A DNA stretch of 45,045 nucleotides from Deltaproteobacteria bacterium. Lineage in GTDB: Bacteria; Desulfobacterota; Desulfuromonadia; Desulfuromonadales; JAAYDE01. A model generated the notes under the pieces. It ran no database searches and had not been told where the DNA came from. It was given only the letters and a program-made list of their open reading frames with translations. Below, piece by piece: positions 7,071 to 14,954 of the stretch. The stretch is taken from assembly GCA_017552515.1 (NCBI GenBank), contig JAFZPK010000193.1, positions 1-45,045 on the forward strand, written 5' to 3'. How positions within the stretch are numbered: position 1 is the stretch's first letter; the number at the start of each line of letters is the position of its first letter. The translations under genes were made by a program, and so were the position numbers.

Positions 7071-7164
7071 CGTGACAGTATCGCCCGCACCCCTGCTCCG
7101 TGACAGTAATGTACCCGGTGTTACTGTTACTTTTTCTTGCTGGCTACTGTCTGTTTTACTGTCA
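7071..7164. repeat. Five copies of a GACAGTA-core motif (2 direct, 3 inverted): candidate arm-type integrase/excisionase sites
   Basis: CGTGACAGTA occurs at 7071-7080 and 7099-7108. Inverted copies are TTACTGT at 7121-7127, TACTGTC at 7145-7151 and TTACTGTCA at 7156-7164. All lie between the int start and the tRNA. Confidence 0.4.
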
Positions 7165-7207
7165 AATTTTGGGGCTTGTGCGGTGTTTTGTGGTAATTAA
7201 TGGAGCA

Positions 7208-7262
7208 TAAAAACGCAAGAAAAGCAATGCCCTGCAAGCCTTATGGAGCTTTGCAGGGCATT
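7208..7262 (-). terminator. Rho-independent terminator downstream of the tRNA-Pro/tRNA-Arg unit
   Basis: A 12-bp perfect stem AATGCCCTGCAA/TTGCAGGGCATT (7226-7237 and 7251-7262) is followed on the minus strand by GCTTTTCTTGCGTTTTTA. Confidence 0.5.
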
Positions 7263-7276
7263 GTTAATCGGCAGTT

Positions 7277-7353
<77 letters not shown>

Positions 7354-7370
7354 GCGGACATAAACATAAC

Positions 7371-7447
<77 letters not shown>

Positions 7448-7460
7448 ACCAAGGTTGCTT

Positions 7461-7489
7461 TTTCTAACACATGGTTTGCGGTTTCGCAA
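7461..7489 (-). promoter_or_regulatory. Candidate promoter of the tRNA-Pro/tRNA-Arg unit
   Basis: On the minus strand: TTGCGA (7489-7484), a 17-nt spacer, then TAGAAA (7466-7461), about 14 nt upstream of the tRNA-Pro 5' end. Confidence 0.35.
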
Positions 7490-7549
7490 TGAGAAAAGAC
7501 CTAAAACGACCGTCATGAAAGAGGTGCTTTATAAAACAGCAGGCATACA

Positions 7550-8074
7550 TCACTGGCGGCGCACTTCCATCCAGGCCACGAAAAGCGCCGCTACCAGCAC
7601 AACACAGCCTATCAGTGGCCAATGCCCGATTCCCAGCAGCTGCGGCACGGTGAGCGCTCCCATATTGCCCCATGCGAGCAGAGTATCCTTGAGTTCGGGA
7701 TACGCCTCCGCATACAGCGCCGCGCCAGCCAGCATTCCAAGCAGCGCCCACAGCGCATGCACGCGCCCCTCACCGAGCGCACCGGCTGCCATGACCGGGC
7801 AAAAACCGCCCAGTCCCCAGCCTATGCCAAACAGCACAGCGCCCACCATCTGCGCGCCCAAAACGGTTTCCTGAACATTCAGGGCAACAAGCCCCAGCTC
7901 ATAACAGCAGTACCATCCCACCATGCCGGTCACCAGCGCGGAAAGCATAAACTTCAGCATGGTGCGATCGATAAGCCGCAAAAAACCGATTTGCGTTTCA
8001 AAGCGCAGTATCCGGCCGCGCTGCAGGAAAAATCCAAGCAAAAAGCCGCTCATCAGTCCCAGGGTCACCTCCAT
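7550..8074 (-). CDS. YeeE/YedE-family (DUF395) sulfur-compound transport membrane protein, second half of a split pair
   Basis: ATG at 8074 (MEVTLGLMSGFLLGFFLQRGR...) follows a GGGGGAGGGA RBS and overlaps the upstream gene by 10 nt. It is a multi-TM protein with the GWGLGGFCP motif typical of this family. The ORF-track start at 8269 lies inside the upstream gene. Confidence 0.8.
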   Translation of the reverse strand: MEVTLGLMSGFLLGFFLQRGRILRFETQIGFLRLIDRTMLKFMLSALVTGMVGWYCCYELGLVALNVQETVLGAQMVGAVLFGIGWGLGGFCPVMAAGALGEGRVHALWALLGMLAGAALYAEAYPELKDTLLAWGNMGALTVPQLLGIGHWPLIGCVVLVAALFVAWMEVRRQ

Positions 8075-8601
8075 GGATAATCCCTCCCCCCATAAAGAAA
8101 CCGGGCGGTCAAGACACCGGCAATCAAAAAAAGTACCAGGGCAACCAGCCCCTCCAGGGAGAGCTGCATAACATCGCCCAAACCGCAGCCGATGAGGCAT
8201 CCTCCGGCCAGAAGAGCGCCAAACATGGCCAAAAATCCCCCGCCAAATGCCACCAGGCCACGCAGCCATGCGTTCTCACCAAAACGCCCGCTCCACATGG
8301 GCGGCACACTTTCCCTTTTGAAACCACCCTCCCGAAACGCGGCCAGCAATGCACCACCAAAGATGCCTACGACAAACATCACCTGCCAAAGCGCCCCGCC
8401 CTGTTGAAAGTATTCCTGACGGGCAGCGTGCTCCGGTACTGTGAGCCGCTCCAGCAGGGCAGCGATCCATACAAACGCGCCGGAAGCGTCCGGACATTGG
8501 CTCTTCCCCAGCAGCTGAGCGCTCACCACTGCCGAGCCGACAACCACAAGCCCCGTCAATATCCCGGCAAGATATGGATTCCAGCCTTTTTTCGACGCCA
8601 T
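8065..8601 (-). CDS. YeeE/YedE-family (DUF395) membrane protein, first half of a split pair
   Basis: ATG at 8601 is preceded by AAGGAGG with a 6-nt spacer; the ORF-track TTG at 8607 is less likely. The sequence is MASKKGWNPYLAGILTGLVVV...GCLIGCGLG, with a conserved Cys-containing loop. Confidence 0.8.
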   Translation of the reverse strand: MASKKGWNPYLAGILTGLVVVGSAVVSAQLLGKSQCPDASGAFVWIAALLERLTVPEHAARQEYFQQGGALWQVMFVVGIFGGALLAAFREGGFKRESVPPMWSGRFGENAWLRGLVAFGGGFLAMFGALLAGGCLIGCGLGDVMQLSLEGLVALVLFLIAGVLTARFLYGGRDYPWR

Positions 8602-8880
8602 GTTCAACCTCCTTTACGGTTTTTCCTCGGTCAACCGGCACAGCCTGCGCCTCAAGCACGCAGACACTTTTTCAGGGTTTTTCCCCATTTTCGTGAAAAA
8701 AAGCCACACTTTCATTCCCTGCTCCAACAGCCAGTTTTTGATGGTAAAACGTGCAAAACTCATTTTCAACCGCCATTTCCCTCCTGTACGGCATGAAGCA
8801 TGACTGTTGGCGCAAAGTTCGCAAGCCGTCACAGGGAGTCTTGCGCTCAATAACCGGGAAAGTGCCAGTAAAGGGGAGAA

Positions 8881-9780
8881 ATGGAAAGAATAAACGAATG
8901 GCGGCAACGCTTTATTGAATATCTGCGTGTGGAGCGCAACATGTCTCTGCATACGCTTCGGGCCTATGATCAGGATCTGCGCGGATTCGAGCAGTTCCTT
9001 GCAACGCAGGACCTTTCTCCGGAAATCGAAGAAATAGATGCGCCCATGCTCAGAAACTATCTGGCCTGGCTCCATAAAGCTTCCGCCCGGCGCACCACCA
9101 TTCACCGCAAGCTTTCGGCTCTGCGCGGCTTTTTCCGTTTTTTGGTTCGTCAACAGGCCGTCAAAAGCAATCCGGCGGAGATGATTTTCGCTCCCCGCCT
9201 GGAGAGGCGTCTGCCCAAGGTGCTGACAGTGGATGAAGTGTTTCAGCTGCTGGACGCCATCGAATGGGGGGACAGCCTGGCCGATCTGCGGGATCGTGCC
9301 GCATTCGAACTGCTCTATGCCTGCGGACTGCGGGTGGAGGAACTGGTCCATCTGGATGTGCCGGATGTGAGTTTTCCGCAGAAACTGGTGCGGGTTTTCG
9401 GCAAGGGGCGAAAGGAACGGCTTGTGCCGGTGGGAAGCCGGGCGCTGACAGCCCTGCGCGCCTATCTTGACCGGGGAGCGATGAACAGCGGCGCGCTCTT
9501 CCCCGGCCGCGGCAGCACCCGCATGAATCCCCGCACGGTGGAACGCCGTCTGGAACGCCGGATGTTGCAGGCCGGCATCACCAAACACGCCTCACCGCAC
9601 ACGCTGCGCCACTCCTTCGCCACCCATCTGCTGGATGGGGGCGCCGATCTGCGCGCGATCCAGGAACTGCTGGGGCACGCATCCCTGGCCGCCACCCAGC
9701 GCTATACGCAGGTCAGCCTGCAAAAACTGATGGAAGTCTACGACAGTGCCCATCCCCGCAGTAAAAAGAAACAGGAATGA
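8881..9780 (+). CDS. Tyrosine recombinase, XerC/XerD family
   Basis: The 299-aa protein has N-terminal FIEYLRVERNMSLHTLRAYDQDLRGF and catalytic motifs ACGLRVEEL, HTLRHSFATHLL and LLGHASLAATQRYTQV. An AGGGGAG RBS precedes the start. Confidence 0.9.
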   Translation: MERINEWRQRFIEYLRVERNMSLHTLRAYDQDLRGFEQFLATQDLSPEIEEIDAPMLRNYLAWLHKASARRTTIHRKLSALRGFFRFLVRQQAVKSNPAEMIFAPRLERRLPKVLTVDEVFQLLDAIEWGDSLADLRDRAAFELLYACGLRVEELVHLDVPDVSFPQKLVRVFGKGRKERLVPVGSRALTALRAYLDRGAMNSGALFPGRGSTRMNPRTVERRLERRMLQAGITKHASPHTLRHSFATHLLDGGADLRAIQELLGHASLAATQRYTQVSLQKLMEVYDSAHPRSKKKQE

Positions 9781-9789
9781 GCACTACCA

Positions 9790-11430
9790 TCAAGCATTTG
9801 CCGCAGCAGATTTCCGGTTGATCAGGAACTGCTGCAAAATCGTCAACAGGTTGTTGACCAGCCAGTAGATGACCAGGCCCGACGGGAAGTTGAGGAACAT
9901 GAAGGTGAATATCAGCGGCATGTAGAGCAGCATCTTGGCCTGCGGCCCCTCCATGGTATTCGGCGTCATCTTCTGCTGGATAAACATGCTCGCGCCCATG
10001 ATAAGCGGCGTCACATAATAGGGATCCTTAGCCGACAGATCCTGGATCCACAGCATGAAGGGCGCATGCCGCAAGGCGATATCCTCCATCAACACCTTGT
10101 AGAGGGCAAAGAACACCGGTATCTGAAGCAGCATCGGCAGGCAGCCCCCCAGGGGATTCACTTTGTGCTTCCGGTACAGCTGCATGACTTCGATGTTCAG
10201 CTGCTGCTTGTCGTCCTTGAACTTCTGCCGGATCTTCTGCATCTCGGGCTGCAGCTTCTGCATCGCCTTCATCGAGGTATAGCTCTTCTCCGTCAAGGGC
10301 CAGAACAGTATCTTGATGATAACGGTCAGCAGAATGATGGACCATCCGTAGTTGCCGACGAAACCGTAAAAGAAGTGGAGGATCTTCAGAAGCGGCCGGG
10401 CGATGATGTCGAACCAGCCAAAATCGATGATCCGGTCCAGCTCATGGCCGGAGGTCTTGAGAATGTCCATATCCCGGGGGCCATAGTAGACCGTATAGGT
10501 GAGCGCGGCTTCCTCTCCGGGGCCGATGTTGAATGACTCGCTGGCGATCCGGTTGAAATAGGCATCCTCTGTCTGGATGACATCGGCAGACCGAGTTCCG
10601 CCACTCAATGGAATAACTGTTCCGATAAAATACTTGTTCTTGTCCTCAAAACCGCTCCACTTCACCTTGTTCAGAAAAGAAAAAGGCGTCTTGGAAAGTT
10701 TTGCGAATTCCGAGGTTTTCAGATCGTCGTCTACCAGGGCGGCCGCCTGAGAAAAGGCAAACCGGTCCTTGGAAACCAGCTGTTCAACGGGCTGCACCAG
10801 GGAGAGCGTTACATTGCCCCGTGCAATCTGGCCGCCTCTGTTGATGATCCGCAGCGACACATCGAAGAAATACCGGTTGCCGGTAAACGTGTACGTCTTT
10901 TCGATGATATTGGCCCCAGAGACAGCTTTGAAAACCAGCTTATAGGTATCGTTGCCGGAGATCGAAACGGCATTTTTGCTCTCGGACGCATGGAACATCG
11001 TATCGGGCGAAAAGGCCCATACGCCTTCTCCCTGTGTGGCCAAAGTTGCCATATCGTCCCGCGCCGCATCAACCAGGACCAGAGAATCCGGGTCGTCGTC
11101 AATACCCTGCCGGAAGCCTTTCAAACGCATTGTCTTGATCCGGCCACCGGCATTGGTCAGCGTCATCCAAAAGAGATCATTTTCAACCACGATCTCCTTC
11201 TTCAGCAAAGTGGACTGGCCGCTTTCCGGCACAAATTCATCTTCCGGCGAAAGACGGGCGGGAGTTGCTACCGGCACGGACGGTACGGCAACGGGAGCCT
11301 TCTCTTCCACCCTGGCTTCGGTGTTTTCGGCGGGCGGAGGTACGGGCTGGGGGTGAGGAAAAAACAACAGGTAGGCCGTATAGATGGTCATTATCAGAAC
11401 AAAAGCCAGAACGGTATTTTTTATCTCCAT
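9790..11430 (-). CDS. yidC: Membrane protein insertase YidC
   Basis: It has an N-terminal TM segment, a large periplasmic domain and a C-terminal 60-kDa IMP core (PLLKILHFFY...GGCLPMLLQIPVFFALY...). The start at 11430 (MEIKNTVLAFVL) has an AAGGTGA RBS. The alternative ATG at 11457 overlaps the yidD stop (TAATG). Confidence 0.9.
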   Translation of the reverse strand: MEIKNTVLAFVLIMTIYTAYLLFFPHPQPVPPPAENTEARVEEKAPVAVPSVPVATPARLSPEDEFVPESGQSTLLKKEIVVENDLFWMTLTNAGGRIKTMRLKGFRQGIDDDPDSLVLVDAARDDMATLATQGEGVWAFSPDTMFHASESKNAVSISGNDTYKLVFKAVSGANIIEKTYTFTGNRYFFDVSLRIINRGGQIARGNVTLSLVQPVEQLVSKDRFAFSQAAALVDDDLKTSEFAKLSKTPFSFLNKVKWSGFEDKNKYFIGTVIPLSGGTRSADVIQTEDAYFNRIASESFNIGPGEEAALTYTVYYGPRDMDILKTSGHELDRIIDFGWFDIIARPLLKILHFFYGFVGNYGWSIILLTVIIKILFWPLTEKSYTSMKAMQKLQPEMQKIRQKFKDDKQQLNIEVMQLYRKHKVNPLGGCLPMLLQIPVFFALYKVLMEDIALRHAPFMLWIQDLSAKDPYYVTPLIMGASMFIQQKMTPNTMEGPQAKMLLYMPLIFTFMFLNFPSGLVIYWLVNNLLTILQQFLINRKSAAANA

Positions 11431-11456
11431 TTTTTCGTCACCTTGTCCGCTGTCCA

Positions 11457-11669
11457 TTATTTGACTGGATCGTAACCGCCATCATTGAACGGATGACAAC
11501 GCAAAATCCGTTTCGTTGCCATCCAAATGCCTTTTACAACTCCATATTTTACAATGGCTTCGTATGCGTACTGCGAGCATGTGGGGTAAAACCGGCAGGA
11601 ACGACCTTTGAGAGGAGAAATGAACCTTTGATAAAATCTAATAAGAAAGAGCAGCGTTTTTTTGAACAT
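11457..11669 (-). CDS. yidD: Membrane protein insertion efficiency factor YidD
   Basis: The 70-aa product [43 protein letters not shown]...RILRCHPF carries the family signature CRFxPTCSxY...RCHP. Confidence 0.9.
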   Translation of the reverse strand: MFKKTLLFLIRFYQRFISPLKGRSCRFYPTCSQYAYEAIVKYGVVKGIWMATKRILRCHPFNDGGYDPVK

Positions 11670-12012
11670 CACTATTGCATGAGCATATCCAGCGAAACGC
11701 CGTGTCAAGTTCCTTGAACAGCAGATCCCGCTCCGGAAGGTTCGCTCCTTTTCTCGCAATGACAACAACATCTACCGGACTGAGGGTAAGGCGGTGATAT
11801 CTGAAAAACTCCCTGATACTTCTTTTTACCCGGTTCCGTATCACCGCATTACCAACCCGGCGGCTGACCACCAGTCCCAATCTCGGACTATCTCCAGAAT
11901 TTTCTGCAAAAACGACAATGACATGATCCAGCCGTTTGCGTTTCCCGACATCTTCCACCCGGCGAAACTCAAACCGCTTCAGCAAACGATACTTTTTGGG
12001 GAAATTGTACAC
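11638..12012 (-). CDS. rnpA: Ribonuclease P protein component
   Basis: A GTG start at 12012 gives a 124-aa basic protein with [24 protein letters not shown] (RNR motif). It sits in the conserved rpmH-rnpA-yidD-yidC order. Confidence 0.85.
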   Translation of the reverse strand: MYNFPKKYRLLKRFEFRRVEDVGKRKRLDHVIVVFAENSGDSPRLGLVVSRRVGNAVIRNRVKRSIREFFRYHRLTLSPVDVVVIARKGANLPERDLLFKELDTAFRWICSCNSDVQKNAALSY

Positions 12013-12032
12013 TTTCCCGCCTTAAAGCCCGT

Positions 12033-12182
12033 CTATTTCTGCGGAATGGTCGGCACCAGCAGATTTCTTCCTCTCTGGCGGCGTCTTCTGATAACCGCGC
12101 GACCATTGGCCGTCTGCATTCTTTGTCTGAAACCATGCGTCCTTTTTCTTTTGATTTTGCTGGGCTGATACGTTCTTTTCAT
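12033..12182 (-). CDS. rpmH: 50S ribosomal protein L34 (49 aa; absent from the ORF track because it is under 60 aa)
   Basis: My own translation of the minus strand gives [49 protein letters not shown], with TAG at 12033-12035. MKRTYQPS...RTHGFR is the L34 signature. Confidence 0.9.
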   Translation of the reverse strand: MKRTYQPSKIKRKRTHGFRQRMQTANGRAVIRRRRQRGRNLLVPTIPQK

Positions 12183-12624
12183 CTCGGACTCCTTTGGAAC
12201 AATGATTGTTTGTGCCGATTGCTAACAGAGCTTAAGTGTCCCTTTAATGTTCGGCAACAATTCTTTATTTGCAATCTCAAGCGCCCGTACTGTAAAAGGT
12301 GCCTTGCACAGACAGCGCGGTGCCGATTCACCTCAAAAGAAAATTCGTTCTTTCAAATGGCGCTGCCTTGAAAACCGCGTCAATCCCTGACACGGGAACA
12401 TGGCAATTCCATTGGCGAAACGGCACTTCGGCAACGTTAGGGACAGACTTCGCTAAAAACCATAAAATGACTGCAATGTCAATTGTAAAACTTGAGAAGA
12501 CGTTTGGGAAGCAACCGTCTCCAAACGGCCTGCCGGCTAAAAGATCAAAACATTTCCAGGAAATTGAAAAGACGAAGGCACATGGCGCGACCATGTGCGG
12601 AACAATCCTAAACGGAGGTGCAAA

Positions 12625-13266
12625 ATGGCAAATTTGAAGATGATCATCGGGAAAGGCAAACTTTGGGTGGCGGCGCTGCTGTTCTTCGCTCTGGCAAGCG
12701 CAGGGGCACAAAAGGCACAGGCCGGAACCGTCACCGAACAGCTGCGCGGTGATGTGGACTGCATTATCGATATCCTCAACGATGACTCTCTGAAGAAAAA
12801 AGAACGGGATGACAAAATCGTCTCCATCGTACGTGCGCGTTTCGACTTCCCAACCATGTCCCAGTGGATTCTGGGGGTAAACTGGCGCAAGGCCTCCCCG
12901 GACGAGCAGAAACGCTTTATCGAACTGTTCACCCGTCTCCTGGAACGTACTTACATGAGCAAAATCGAAAGCTATACCGGCGAATACGGGCGTGAAAATG
13001 TCCGCTATGCCCAGGAGCGGCAGGAAAAGGACAAGGCCCTGGTCAACACCTTCATCGTCACCAAAAGCGCTGAAATCCCGGTTAATTACAAGCTGCTCCT
13101 GAACAACGGCCAGTGGCGCGTCTACGATGTGGTGATCGAGGAAGTCAGTCTGGTGCGCAACTACCGCAGCACCTATTCGGAGATCGTCAACCGTGAAGGT
13201 TTCAAGGGGCTGTTTGCCAAAATGGAGCAAAAAATCGCCGAAACCTCCCAGGAGCCTAAAAAATGA
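12625..13266 (+). CDS. MlaC/Ttg2D-family periplasmic lipid-binding protein
   Basis: ATG at 12625 follows a GGAGGT RBS. It has a signal peptide (LWVAALLFFALASAGAQKAQA). The motifs FDFPTMSQWILGVNWRKASPDEQKRFIELFTRLLERTY and WRVYDVVIEEVSLVRNYRS are typical of toluene-tolerance Ttg2D/MlaC proteins. Confidence 0.8.
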   Translation: MANLKMIIGKGKLWVAALLFFALASAGAQKAQAGTVTEQLRGDVDCIIDILNDDSLKKKERDDKIVSIVRARFDFPTMSQWILGVNWRKASPDEQKRFIELFTRLLERTYMSKIESYTGEYGRENVRYAQERQEKDKALVNTFIVTKSAEIPVNYKLLLNNGQWRVYDVVIEEVSLVRNYRSTYSEIVNREGFKGLFAKMEQKIAETSQEPKK

Positions 13267-14840
13267 ACAACCCGGTTCCCAACAGTGCGGCAGGAGGGCG
13301 TTTGTCCCTGAGGCGTCAGCTGGAGCAGCTTCGAACGCTGCCGGCGCTCCAACAGATTGACCTGTTGTTGAATTCGCCGCAGGGCGGAGAACTTGTACGC
13401 CACATGCCTTCGCACGAGCTCTATCTGCTGCTGCGGGAAGTCGGGCTGGAAGACGCGCAGGAAGTGCTGGGACTGGCCGCGCCTTCGCAGTTTGAAGCCT
13501 TCCTGGATATGGACTGCTGGAAACGCGACCGGATCAATTTGGCCTGCATGGGACGCTGGCTGGAAAACCTGCTGGAGGGAGCGGATGAACAGGCGGTGCT
13601 GGAAATAGTGCGCACACTGGATTTCGAGTTGCTGCTGCTCTTCTTTGGACGCTGCCTGAGCGATCCGGAAGCGGAAAAGACGGAGGACCAGCCGGATTTT
13701 CCGCCGGAGATGTTCAAGGTGGGGGAACAGCTCCTGGCGCTCGTTGAAGAGCAGGATCCCGAACTGTTCCAGCAACTGGCCCTCTCGCTCAATGCGGATA
13801 CCTTTGCCTCGCTGGAGGAAAGTGCCTATCAGCGGCACCGTACCCGGCAGTGGGAAGCGGGGTTCCCCGATTTCATGGATGCCCAGATCGTCTACACCCG
13901 TCTCAATCCGGACCAGGTAACGGCTGATGCCGATTTTTGCGCAACGGATCTGCCCAGGCAGAATGAGAGGCTGTTCTACTTTCCGGAACTTGCCTCCAAC
14001 ACCAAAGAGGCCCTCTGGCTCCAGGAGCTGCTCGCCGGGCGCGAAGCCGAACTGGCGGCGGTGGTCAACCGGGTCCTTGCGGCAGAGGACCGCGATATCG
14101 GCGACCGCGAGATCCTGCGGGTCGCCTTGCAGGAAGTCCGGGACTACCTGCATCTCGGAGGAGAGTATCTGCGCGCCCGGCATGGTGCGCAATGGGCAGA
14201 GCTGTGGCCCCATCTTCCTCTGCTCACGCTGTTTCGCACCGGTTTCAGCCTGACATTGCAGCTCCATGACCGCGCGCTGCGTCTGGCCAAAAGCGACACG
14301 TCTTTTCTGCTGGACGATGTCTGGCAACGACCGCTTGCGGCGCTCAAAAAGCGCAAACCGCAGTTTCTGCCGCCGGAACTGGAAACACCCCGCGGATTCC
14401 GCTCTCTGGACGAGCTGGAACGGGCCAAAGGCTGGCTTGATGAAGCAGAAGTGGCTGAAAAACTCTTTGAAGGCCCGCTCCGTTTTGATCTCTCCTCCTG
14501 GCAGCCGGTCGATGCCTCAAAGCACCCTCTCCCCGCGCCGCTGATGTCGCGGATCTTTCTCACCGCGCTTGCCAACCGCTTGCTGGGCGGCAAACTGGCG
14601 CCGCGCCCCATACCGGCTTCCAAACTGGGGGCGCTGCACCGGATGATCACGCTTGACGGCCATCTTCATCCCCGCCTCAGGGAGGAAACCGTCAACTGGC
14701 TGGAGTCGCTTGTGCCGGGCGGCGGGCGCTTTGCGCAATTCTGTCTGCGGCAGTGGGACGAGGCCTTCTGTCCCATCACGCCGGACAAGATGGATCCGCG
14801 CTTTGTGGGCGGCCTGCTGATCGCTCCCGATACAGCCTGA
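13263..14840 (+). CDS. Conserved hypothetical cytoplasmic protein (525 aa); tentatively DUF6178-like
   Basis: The ATG overlaps the mlaC-like stop (ATGA at 13263-13266). Composition is balanced, with no TM segments. The N-terminal region (LGLAAPSQFEAFLDMDCW) recalls an MgtE-N-like helical domain. The family name is from memory and unverified. Confidence 0.7.
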   Translation: MNNPVPNSAAGGRLSLRRQLEQLRTLPALQQIDLLLNSPQGGELVRHMPSHELYLLLREVGLEDAQEVLGLAAPSQFEAFLDMDCWKRDRINLACMGRWLENLLEGADEQAVLEIVRTLDFELLLLFFGRCLSDPEAEKTEDQPDFPPEMFKVGEQLLALVEEQDPELFQQLALSLNADTFASLEESAYQRHRTRQWEAGFPDFMDAQIVYTRLNPDQVTADADFCATDLPRQNERLFYFPELASNTKEALWLQELLAGREAELAAVVNRVLAAEDRDIGDREILRVALQEVRDYLHLGGEYLRARHGAQWAELWPHLPLLTLFRTGFSLTLQLHDRALRLAKSDTSFLLDDVWQRPLAALKKRKPQFLPPELETPRGFRSLDELERAKGWLDEAEVAEKLFEGPLRFDLSSWQPVDASKHPLPAPLMSRIFLTALANRLLGGKLAPRPIPASKLGALHRMITLDGHLHPRLREETVNWLESLVPGGGRFAQFCLRQWDEAFCPITPDKMDPRFVGGLLIAPDTA

Positions 14841-14954
14841 GGCTCCAGCCGGCGTTTGCCGCAGTTCCCGAAACCGGACGACCATTGCACGGGCAGGAAA
14901 GCTCCGCTTCTTTTTCGCACCTTTTGAAAAAGATAAAAGAGAGTGAAGAAAATT

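Larger units (their letters stand above)
1..7276. mobile_element. Integrated P4/PICI-like satellite or small integrative element; right end at tRNA-Arg(TCT), left end beyond window start
   Basis: Tyrosine integrase (5821-7050) lies directly downstream of the 3' end of tRNA-Arg (7277), in the same orientation. AlpA, a Prim-Pol/DUF3987 replication gene, a small-terminase-like HTH and unknown small ORFs follow, all on the minus strand. The DNA is visibly more AT-rich than the flanking core, with arm-type repeats next to int. No copy of the tRNA 3' segment occurs in 1-7000, so the second att site is outside the window. Confidence 0.7.

Noticed and set aside
8614-9588. 324-aa minus-strand ORF opposite the XerC/D gene.
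   Set aside because: It is an antisense shadow of a gene with clear recombinase motifs in GC-rich DNA. It has no motifs and no RBS.
12183-12624. Possible oriC/DnaA boxes or an ncRNA in the 440-bp gap upstream of rpmH. Two 9-mers are each repeated (GTGCCGATT at 12212 and 12320; TTCGGCAAC at 12250 and 12427), and there is a small palindrome GCACATGG-N5-CCATGTGC near 12580.
   Set aside because: I found no TTATCCACA-like boxes and no adjacent dnaA. The 9-mer pairs have inconsistent spacing and are within chance expectation for this length. I cannot fold or search for ncRNAs by eye.
12328-14327. Long minus-strand ORFs (300 aa and 384 aa) opposite the MlaC-like and 525-aa genes.
   Set aside because: They are shadow frames. 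The plus-strand genes have an RBS, a signal peptide and family motifs.
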